Origin: an uncultured Alphaproteobacteria bacterium
Lineage (GTDB): Bacteria; Pseudomonadota; Alphaproteobacteria; Micavibrionales; Micavibrionaceae
Assembly (NCBI GenBank): GCA_963702155.1
Contig: OY969717.1
Span: 657,563-721,562, forward strand
DNA length: 64,000 nt
Direction: 5' to 3'
Shown here: piece after piece, positions 57,007 through 64,000 of the stretch
Layout: each line of letters begins with the position of its first letter
Numbering within the stretch: position 1 is the first letter of the stretch
Notes under the pieces: generated by a model
Told to the model about the DNA's origin: nothing
Databases searched by the model: none
Seen by the model: the letters and a program-made list of their open reading frames with translations, nothing else
Program-made: the position numbers and the translations under genes

Positions 57007-57512
57007 TTCGCTCCTTCCGGTTTGAGATTTACCGGGCCTTGCTCAATCGCCCAATGCAGCAGTGCTAGAGCATCGGCTTCGTTATGATCGGTGACGCGGT
57101 CGTGTCCAAATTTTTCACGAACCGCTTTGATCATGAGACCCTTGTTGGCGTTGCCTTTTCCGGTGGCGAATTTTTTGATTGTGCCGACAGGAACACCGAG
57201 ATAGGGGACTTGAGCTTCCGGCTCGTCTCCCCACGCCTTGAGCTGGCCTAAAAATTCACCATAGGTGTGTGCGGCAGTGGTTCCGGCATGCCTGCGGACT
57301 TCTTCAAAAACACAAACATCCAAACCCTTGGCCTGTACATTCATGACAGTGAGCCAGCTTCTAAAACGAAGCAGCGCCATGCCGGAGCTTTCAAATCTGT
57401 TTGGTTTGAAGGTTTCGAAACCAGAATGGATTTCGCCTGACGGGGTGAGCAATGCCCACCCCGTTGTGCGGCCTAAATCCAAAGCGAGTGCGGATTTAAA
57501 ACGATTACTCAT
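57003..57512 (-). CDS. RuvC-like Holliday junction resolvase
   Basis: ALALDLGRTTGWA (Asp), VFEEV (Glu) and DHNEADALAL (Asp/Asp) match the RuvC catalytic layout. Confidence 0.8.
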   Translation of the reverse strand: MSNRFKSALALDLGRTTGWALLTPSGEIHSGFETFKPNRFESSGMALLRFRSWLTVMNVQAKGLDVCVFEEVRRHAGTTAAHTYGEFLGQLKAWGDEPEAQVPYLGVPVGTIKKFATGKGNANKGLMIKAVREKFGHDRVTDHNEADALALLHWAIEQGPVNLKPEGAK

Positions 57513-58060
57513 GCCGCACCTGCCTTGCGAAACTTGATCTCGCCATTCAAATCGAGATGTCCATCATCCTGTTTTTCCGGAGGCGTGGTTTTTTCGATTA
57601 AAGCCTCCAGTGCAAGAAGCTCATCTTTGCAAGACATATCCTCTGGCGATTCCTTCGAAATCCTCGCGGCTTCAGCGACCGCTTTTTCAGAGATTTGCTT
57701 TGTTTCGACAGGCAGAAACGGGACATTGTGCATTCCAAAAAACGCCTTGATCACACCGATGCAAATTACTCTGCGTAACGATATTTCCGTATTTGTGTCT
57801 TTGAGCGTTGGAACCCTCATGACGATGCCGTCAATTTGCCCAACAAGCTCCAACATCGCAGTCATCTCGTCTTCGAGCTGTGTGATTTGATTGGGGAATG
57901 AGCGCAAAGTTGAGAATTTCATATCGGTGCTTTGATACGAACAGACATCACCATCGGCAGATATCATTGCCCAGGCAAATTTATCCTCCAGTGAAATTGC
58001 AAAAAGTGCGTGTTTGGGTTTGCCGTCTTTGACAAACTGTTTCATTGTTTTCTTACTCAT
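57509..58060 (-). CDS. Hypothetical protein, possibly a degenerate RuvC-fold paralog
   Basis: Start MSKKTMK at 58060 after AACGAAAGGAAAG. ALFAISLEDKFAWAMI and DELLALEALIE parallel the neighbouring resolvase. Confidence 0.45.
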   Translation of the reverse strand: MSKKTMKQFVKDGKPKHALFAISLEDKFAWAMISADGDVCSYQSTDMKFSTLRSFPNQITQLEDEMTAMLELVGQIDGIVMRVPTLKDTNTEISLRRVICIGVIKAFFGMHNVPFLPVETKQISEKAVAEAARISKESPEDMSCKDELLALEALIEKTTPPEKQDDGHLDLNGEIKFRKAGAA

Positions 58061-58297
58061 GATCTTTCCTTTCGTTGGTGTGGTTTTGAGTAAATACAGC
58101 GGTTCGAATTTGATCGGATCGCTGCTGGTTATTCCCAGGATTGGGAAACTTTTTTGAAGCGCGCGCGGATGCCTTTCCATACGGGATGGGCAAACACTGC
58201 AAGGTTTGCCCTCTCCCGTAGGGAGAGTACCCACCCGCACTAACATCAATATTTGATAAAACCTTTGCTCTGCTTGACTTAGAGGGGCGGTTTATAT

Positions 58298-58417
58298 GTT
58301 GGGGTTTTAAGTTGGGGGGAACCCCAACACCCAACTTACCTAAAGCAAGGCTCTGTAAGGGATTGGGTGAGCTGGGGTAAAAAACCCCAACTTCCCCAAC
58401 ATGGCGAAAACCCCAAC
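58298..58417. repeat. Iteron-like cluster of the CCCCAAC/GTTGGGG heptamer
   Basis: GTTGGGG at 58298 and 58311. CCCCAAC at 58322, 58385, 58394 and 58411, plus ACCCAAC at 58329. Includes the inverted pair GTTGGGG-GGA-ACCCCAAC. Confidence 0.75.
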
Positions 58418-58447
58418 ATAAAATGGCAATTATTTGCAAATAAAAGG

Positions 58448-60622
58448 TCATTCTTCATACCCCTCCAGCTCCGGCCATTCACGCGGATCAGTCACTTCTT
58501 TTGTGTGGTTATCGGCACCGCGATAGTGGGTTGGTAAAATCTCGACCATCTGGTCTTCGTGCGGATATCTCATGTGCTGGACAACCAGATAACCGTTGGT
58601 GGATTTGCTTTTGCCAATGCCTAGATCCGGCAATTCCTTGACGTATTTTATGTATCCTTTTTGGAGCAGGACTTTGACGCGTTCCTTGATGCTATAAAAA
58701 CCGCCCAATCCTTCCTTGTTTTCAAAGGCTCGGCAGAATGCATCTGCGGTGTAGAGTTCTCCGGCTTTGCTTTCTTTGGCAAGCATGAAAAGGACACGAT
58801 CATTTTTGCGGTCACGCTCTGCATCAAGTTTTCCGCCGTATTTTGCATTGGCGAGGCGTTGAACAGCCATATCCAATTCGACCCATTGGCCATCCACTTT
58901 ATCGACGAGCTTGTTATCAATGGCCGGGCCGTTTCGAAGCTCGAAGATCAACATTCTCTCGCTTTTGAGTTCGTCTTCTCGAAATAACAAAATCCCTGTG
59001 CTGTAATAACTCCGCAGGGATCCGGCACCACTTAAGGCTTGGAACGGATCATCTTTAAATTGCGCTTTGGAGAGCTTTTTAGTGTGGTGGATGAGGATAA
59101 CGCCGGAGCTGGGATTGACCATCTCGCGCAGTTTTTCAACGCGCTCCTGAAGGAAAAACAGCATGGAATTATTGTCGTTCTCGCCACGGCTGTCGGGGCC
59201 ACCGTCAAAAACATTGCGGATCGGGTCGATACAAATAATGTCCGGACCGTCAGGGAATTTTGATTTTATTGTTGCCGCCGCCATTTCAACGCCATCCTCA
59301 TCGAGAATGAATTTTGTGCGCGGCGTTATAACGATATTTTCAGCGGCTTTTTGGGCGAGATCACTATCCGAGACAATTTGCCGGATTCGCTCTCTCAAAT
59401 ATGCATATTCAATTTCGGCCTGTAGATAGAAAACCTTTAATGGTCTGGGAGGTCGGAAATTTAAAAACGGCAATCCCGCCGCCATATGCACAAGCATGGT
59501 GAGGACAAAATCGCTTTTCCCAACCTTGGGCGATCCGGCAAAAACAGCGATGCCACCAGGCGTTAAAATGCGCGGCGCGATAATGTCATCCGGCATGGGA
59601 GAGATATCATCAAAGAGCTGCTGGAGGGTATATGCCTCAAACTGGGGCTTTTCAAACCTATGGTCGGGTGTGGTGGCCGTTTCTAAGAAATTTTTAACGT
59701 CAAAACTCTCTTCGGCACCATCGGCAGCATCCCATTTTTCGGGCTTGTCCTCGGGCGGCAACAGCATGTGAACCGATTTGACCTTGGTGTGTTTTAGAGC
59801 TTTGGCAACGCGCTCTGCATAATCTTTGCCCGGGACATCATTATCCGGCCAGATATAGACGTCTTTGCCATACAGCGGCGACCAGTCCGTTTTATCGACG
59901 GGTGCGTTAGCACCGTTCATGGTGGTTGTGGCGCAGTATCCTTGCTGGATAAGAGCTTCGGCGCATTTTTCGCCCTCGCATAAAATAACAGCATCGGTCT
60001 TGATGATGCCCGGGATGTTATAGAGTGGCCGTGGATCCGGTGCCTCATATTTTCCGGTCAAAACATTATATGGACGGAAGATTTTGCGCCGACCAACTGG
60101 GTCATGACGATAAACACAGGCAATCAATTTGCCGTTCTCGTCAAAATAGTCCCATTTTCCGGTATATGGCCCCAGATTATCCTGTGGCGGCTTTTTCTTT
60201 GTCCGTTCGCTCTCCGGTGGCTTGGGCTTCTCCGTGACTTTGCTGCGCTCCCCCAGATATGTACGCAAACGCCTGATAACCTCGGAAAAATGGTGTTTTG
60301 CGTCCAAACTGTGATACGCGGCAAATAAATCGAGAATATCGCCGCCTTGACCTGTGGCGAAGTCAGTCCACAAGCCGGCCTTTTTGCCATTCAGCTCAAC
60401 GACCAGGCTTTCCCCAGCTTTTCCGCTCACATCACCGATTTTAAATTTGCCTTTATCGACGCATCCGGCGGGGAACAGGCCGAACAAATTGTTTTCAAGA
60501 TTGTCTAAAAACTTTTGCTTCAGCTCTTCCTTGGTCATCTCTTCCTTGATTTCAGGCGCGATCTGGTCTTCCGCGTTGTTAAAATCAAAATAAGAGTCAG
60601 TGGTGGGAGCTGTTTCGCTCAT
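58448..60622 (-). CDS. Bifunctional primase (Toprim) / RecA-fold replicative helicase
   Basis: Start MSETAPT at 60622 (ATGA overlap). Toprim motifs ILCEGEKCA and VYIWPDNDVPGKDYA. Walker A GSPKVGKSDF. Confidence 0.82.
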   Translation of the reverse strand: MSETAPTTDSYFDFNNAEDQIAPEIKEEMTKEELKQKFLDNLENNLFGLFPAGCVDKGKFKIGDVSGKAGESLVVELNGKKAGLWTDFATGQGGDILDLFAAYHSLDAKHHFSEVIRRLRTYLGERSKVTEKPKPPESERTKKKPPQDNLGPYTGKWDYFDENGKLIACVYRHDPVGRRKIFRPYNVLTGKYEAPDPRPLYNIPGIIKTDAVILCEGEKCAEALIQQGYCATTTMNGANAPVDKTDWSPLYGKDVYIWPDNDVPGKDYAERVAKALKHTKVKSVHMLLPPEDKPEKWDAADGAEESFDVKNFLETATTPDHRFEKPQFEAYTLQQLFDDISPMPDDIIAPRILTPGGIAVFAGSPKVGKSDFVLTMLVHMAAGLPFLNFRPPRPLKVFYLQAEIEYAYLRERIRQIVSDSDLAQKAAENIVITPRTKFILDEDGVEMAAATIKSKFPDGPDIICIDPIRNVFDGGPDSRGENDNNSMLFFLQERVEKLREMVNPSSGVILIHHTKKLSKAQFKDDPFQALSGAGSLRSYYSTGILLFREDELKSERMLIFELRNGPAIDNKLVDKVDGQWVELDMAVQRLANAKYGGKLDAERDRKNDRVLFMLAKESKAGELYTADAFCRAFENKEGLGGFYSIKERVKVLLQKGYIKYVKELPDLGIGKSKSTNGYLVVQHMRYPHEDQMVEILPTHYRGADNHTKEVTDPREWPELEGYEE

Positions 60623-61377
60623 TTCGCGTCCTTCCAGCACCGATCCTGCCAGTCACAGAATTTGCACACGAAAAAAGTCGGGGATTTTGCTACGCGGGGG
60701 AGTTGTTCATGGTGGTCACAGGCCGTGAGGATTTTGACGGCGCGGTCGCTCATTTTTTGCGCCAACGCGCCATCAAAAGGCACCAGCTCATGGTGAAGCT
60801 CTGCCGTATCTTTGTTTATGGCCGTAAAAAAGGCTGGATTTTGCGATATGCCCTCAATCGAACCTTCCATATACGCCTGATAAATGGCCATCTGCGTGGC
60901 ATAGACGGGCTTGGATGCCACGACACCTTTTTTGACGGTATCATTCCACGATTTATTATTGAGCGATTTGCATTCCCACAGCATCGGATAGGAAAGCCCC
61001 AAATCTGGCGATCCTGCGGTGATAATGCCATCCACATGCCCTCTGATTCGGCCTTTAGCGACAGAGAAGCCGAATTGAGACCCATCTGCCTTTTCGGTGA
61101 AGATTTCAAAACCAGCTTGCCGGAGCCATTTGATTGTCAGATCCTCAAAAACGTGTCCGGCGGCGAATATCCGCAGCGTTCTACCGCTAAACTCACGGCC
61201 TTCATCTTTTGGTGTGTTGAGATGCTCATATTGAAGCGCACGATCACACTCTGCGCCCAGCCGTGATGCACCGAGATAATCACGCGGTTTCTGCAGACCA
61301 TTTACAGTCGTTAAGGCCGTATCAATGCGATGGTTGATTTTATCGGCGAAGGTTTCTCTTGAATTAAAATCAAGCAT
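60619..61377 (-). CDS. PD-(D/E)xK exonuclease, Cas4/RecB-like, with a C-terminal Cys cluster
   Basis: GHVDGI...LWECKS (D...ExK), a QMAIYQAY motif, and terminal C..C....C (FVCKFCDWQDRC). Confidence 0.75.
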   Translation of the reverse strand: MLDFNSRETFADKINHRIDTALTTVNGLQKPRDYLGASRLGAECDRALQYEHLNTPKDEGREFSGRTLRIFAAGHVFEDLTIKWLRQAGFEIFTEKADGSQFGFSVAKGRIRGHVDGIITAGSPDLGLSYPMLWECKSLNNKSWNDTVKKGVVASKPVYATQMAIYQAYMEGSIEGISQNPAFFTAINKDTAELHHELVPFDGALAQKMSDRAVKILTACDHHEQLPRVAKSPTFFVCKFCDWQDRCWKDAK

Positions 61378-61754
61378 CAGTGTTTCTTCTTTGGTTTTGG
61401 CTGGTTGTCGGGGAAGTTGGCGAACAAATAATCCTGATAGCCTGTGATCACGACCTCGATCATCGTTAGGATCTCGCCACGGCTGTAATCTTGGAGAGGA
61501 CGGTGCATACCGATTTCAGTCACGTATTCAGCCAAAGGCTGGATGGCGGCTTCCATGGCCTCTTTCTCTTGTTTTGAGGGGTCAATCATTGGATATCCTT
61601 CCTTTTTCATGAATGAAGCCCATCGGTTCATGCATTCCATCGAGCAGAATTTCCGGCGGGTTTTGTCTTTGCGTTTGTCAAAAATTTTGAAAAGCGGATT
61701 CATCCAGCCAAAGCCGCGAGATTTCCGTTTGCAGATGGCACATAAAACGGTCAT
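61377..61754 (-). CDS. Small zinc-ribbon-like protein
   Basis: 125 aa with CAIC...CSMEC. Confidence 0.5.
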   Translation of the reverse strand: MTVLCAICKRKSRGFGWMNPLFKIFDKRKDKTRRKFCSMECMNRWASFMKKEGYPMIDPSKQEKEAMEAAIQPLAEYVTEIGMHRPLQDYSRGEILTMIEVVITGYQDYLFANFPDNQPKPKKKH

Positions 61755-63445
61755 GCGGCATATCCTTTCGCCGCGTTAAATACGAGATCGCGGATTTTTC
61801 TGCGGTTGAATTGGAATGTGATGAGGACGGAGGCTTTGTAGCGCGTCAGGCTATAATCCATTCGGTATTTGTCCGGCAAAATATCGAGCTGTTTTTCAGT
61901 GGGGGACTGTTCTAACCAGCGTTTTGATTTGTGCGCGGACGCATCGCTTTCGTTTTGATTAAGCCAGTCATTCGCGGCGGCAAGAGCCACCAGCTTTTCG
62001 CTGACAGATAAAAGCCTTGGGCGTTCGTTTTGTGATGCGCCGACAGCAAACCAGTGGCCGTTCAAGGAAAACACACCAGCCCATGCTTTGAAGCCGTTGG
62101 CAATTAATGCGGAATGGTCATCAAGCGGATCAACCCAGAGGAAGGAGGATTGTTTGAATAGATCAATCTCCGTCATAACGAAGTCGTCTAAATTGCCGCC
62201 ATGTCCTTCTTCATCGCCTTGGCCTTCATCCTCTTCCTCGGCCACAAAGTCATATCCGCATAGCAGGCATTCTTGCGCGCTGGCCGGAACAATACCGTCG
62301 CACTCTGGGCATTCCTTTGTTGGCGCGTCCTTGTTTTTGCTGGGATCCAGATCAACGCCTTGCTCCAAAGAGCCATGCATCAATGAGGATGTGCCAAAAT
62401 CCAGCACGATGCAGTCGCTTTTTTGAACGCCAGGGAATTCGTTCGGATCAACTGTCCGCAGGCCGCGGCCCACCATTTGGATCATGGTGGATTTGTAGGA
62501 GCTGGGGCGCAGGAGGATAACGCATGATGTGGGCGGGTAATCCCAGCCCTCGGTTAAAACGGCGACATTGACAATGACCTTGGCTGTGCCATTTGTAAAT
62601 CTCTGCAATTCATTCTGGCGATCATTGGTGTTTAGCTTGCCATGTACAAAGGCGGTTTCTATACCATTGGCCTGAAACGTCTCTTGAATTTTGGCGGCGT
62701 GATCGACGGTCGAGCAAAAAATAACAGTTTTCCGGTCGGCGGCGTGTTTACGCCAATGATCCACAATGGCCTGGTTAATCGGCGCCTTGTTCATAATCGC
62801 TTCGACCTCGCGCATATCGAAATCATCGACAGTCTTGCGAACGGACTGGAGCTGTGCCTGTGTGCCTTCAATATCGATGACAAAGGTGCGCGGCTTTACG
62901 AGATGGCCGGAGGCAATCAGCTCGGCAATGGATATTTGATCGCCCACATTTGAAAATATCGGACGTAATGCTTTTTTATCGCCGCGATTGGGCGTGGCCG
63001 TAACACCGAACAGCTTTAAATTCGGATTGGTGTCATAGGCTTGATTGATAATGCGCTGATAACTCTCTGCCGCAGCGTGGTGCGCTTCATCGACCACGAT
63101 CAAGTCGAGATGTGGCATTTTATCAACGGAATGCTGGCGCGATAGCGTCTGCACCATGGCGAACGTCACATTGCCGTCCCAGCTTTTCGTTTTGGCATCA
63201 TAAACGGATGTAGAAATGGAGGGATTTACGCGCAAAAACTTATCATTGTTTTGCTCGGTCAGCTCATCGCGGTGTGCGAGAACGCATGCTTTGTCAGCAC
63301 CGTTTTTGAGAAGTTCCCCAACAACGCCGGAAAGCATGATCGTTTTTCCGGCTCCGGTTGGAGCAACCCCAAGGGTGTTTCCATGTTCGTGGAGGGCATT
63401 AACACAGCTCTCCACGAACACCTTTTGGCGTGGCCTTAAAATCAT
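61751..63445 (-). CDS. Superfamily-2 DEAD/DEAH-box helicase with a C-terminal zinc ribbon
   Basis: Motifs APTGAGKT, VVDEAHH, TATP and QMVGRGLR, plus CPECDG...CLLCG. Confidence 0.85.
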   Translation of the reverse strand: MILRPRQKVFVESCVNALHEHGNTLGVAPTGAGKTIMLSGVVGELLKNGADKACVLAHRDELTEQNNDKFLRVNPSISTSVYDAKTKSWDGNVTFAMVQTLSRQHSVDKMPHLDLIVVDEAHHAAAESYQRIINQAYDTNPNLKLFGVTATPNRGDKKALRPIFSNVGDQISIAELIASGHLVKPRTFVIDIEGTQAQLQSVRKTVDDFDMREVEAIMNKAPINQAIVDHWRKHAADRKTVIFCSTVDHAAKIQETFQANGIETAFVHGKLNTNDRQNELQRFTNGTAKVIVNVAVLTEGWDYPPTSCVILLRPSSYKSTMIQMVGRGLRTVDPNEFPGVQKSDCIVLDFGTSSLMHGSLEQGVDLDPSKNKDAPTKECPECDGIVPASAQECLLCGYDFVAEEEDEGQGDEEGHGGNLDDFVMTEIDLFKQSSFLWVDPLDDHSALIANGFKAWAGVFSLNGHWFAVGASQNERPRLLSVSEKLVALAAANDWLNQNESDASAHKSKRWLEQSPTEKQLDILPDKYRMDYSLTRYKASVLITFQFNRRKIRDLVFNAAKGYAA

Positions 63446-63470
63446 TGGAATGTCCTGAAAAAATTAAGGG

Positions 63471-63971
63471 TTACTGCGCCCAGGATGGTTTGCTGGGGTT
63501 GTCTGGTTGCTGTGGCGATGCTGGTTGTTGTCCGGCATTTTGCTGTGGCGGCGGTGACTGATTATTTTGCGGCATCGCATAGCCATTGGCGGCAACAAAG
63601 CCCTGATAATCTTTATTATCCGGTGTGATCGCCGTGCGGATTTCGTTTTTATCGTCATCACGCGTGTCTTTGCCGACATCAATCAAGGCCAAAAACTCAA
63701 TGCCATCGAGGTCGGCAAAGCCAGATATGCGGCGTTTGTTTTGTGCTTCAGGCGAGTTGTCCTTCGGATTAACGCCTCTGGATGAATTCAATATGGCTTT
63801 CACGAAAGATCGGCCCATATCTGCCCACTTAGGCCCGTTGGGAGAATGCAGTCCGATATTGCTCCAAACCTTACGCTTCGCAAATTTTCCTTCTGTGATT
63901 ACAAATTCACAATCAAGATAAATCGCGCCCGTTGTGTCGTTGCGCTTGGCATAGCCGCCAGTCCAACCCAT
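63471..63971 (-). CDS. Hypothetical replication-module protein with a Q/P-rich tail, possibly ssDNA-binding
   Basis: 166-aa ORF. The frame stays open upstream to the window edge, so the true start may lie beyond 64000. Confidence 0.4.
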   Translation of the reverse strand: MGWTGGYAKRNDTTGAIYLDCEFVITEGKFAKRKVWSNIGLHSPNGPKWADMGRSFVKAILNSSRGVNPKDNSPEAQNKRRISGFADLDGIEFLALIDVGKDTRDDDKNEIRTAITPDNKDYQGFVAANGYAMPQNNQSPPPQQNAGQQPASPQQPDNPSKPSWAQ

Positions 63972-64000
63972 GCTCGGATCGTCATATCCGCCTGGTTTGA

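Larger units (their letters stand above)
25235..64000 (-). mobile_element. Siphovirus-like prophage, right end beyond the window, partly degraded
   Basis: Contiguous minus-strand structural, lysis, packaging, modification and replication modules. No integrase seen inside the window. Confidence 0.85.

Noticed and set aside
58298-58417. Possible CRISPR array because of the repeated CCCCAAC units
   Set aside because: The repeats are only 7 nt, irregularly spaced and in both orientations, with no cas genes nearby. An iteron or operator cluster is the better reading.

Overview
Mosaic window from an AT-rich chromosome, probably alphaproteobacterial. That guess is an inference from DUF2924 plus serine recombinase, DUF3489, a GTA-like distal tail module and GGAAC-type stress promoters. 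Layout: (i) 1-4.5 kb is native AT-rich backbone: a tRNA 3' end, a rhodanese/3-MST, a Na+/H+ antiporter and general-stress genes (CsbD, DUF892, a glycine-zipper protein). (ii) 4.6-11 kb is a small mosaic element with gene relics (MauE fragment, DUF262 fragment), AT-rich orphan genes and a DUF2924 + large serine recombinase pair. It is bracketed by a 44-bp imperfect direct repeat. (iii) 11-22.3 kb is a visibly more GC-rich heavy-metal island: czcI-like, czcC, czcB, czcA, a small exported protein, a DUF3147-like protein, czcD and an S24 peptidase. A run of frameshifted metal genes follows (OMP-like, MerP-like HMA, DUF305, glutaredoxin-like), together with an apparently intact MerT-like gene and an intact MauE/DoxX gene. 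The 5' 306 bp of that MauE/DoxX gene is duplicated at 4998. (iv) 22.37-22.84 kb is densely structured, apparently non-coding RNA. (v) 22.8-25.2 kb holds an XRE regulator, a lipoprotein and a two-gene cassette: a SMODS/CD-NTase-like nucleotidyltransferase plus a PD-(D/E)xK (DUF6602-like) protein. The cassette is wedged against the prophage tail-fibre gene and is my best candidate for an undescribed defence-type system. (vi) 25.2-64 kb is a siphovirus-like prophage, almost all on the minus strand. It encodes tail fibres/depolymerases, a lysis cassette, GTA-like distal tail genes, a tape measure, tube, neck, Mu gpT-like capsid, S49 protease, lambda-type portal, gpW and GpA-type TerL. It also carries a plus-strand module of four small genes driven by three near-identical promoter cassettes, two DNA methyltransferases, a Mor-HTH/alpha-CTD fusion, a putative TerS, RuvC, a primase-helicase, a Cas4-like nuclease and an SF2 helicase. 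Several prophage genes are broken by frameshifts or in-frame stops. The C5-methyltransferase locus is open in two frames over about 1.3 kb. I saw no rRNA, CRISPR array or IS transposase. All family names come from motif recognition by eye and need profile searches to confirm.
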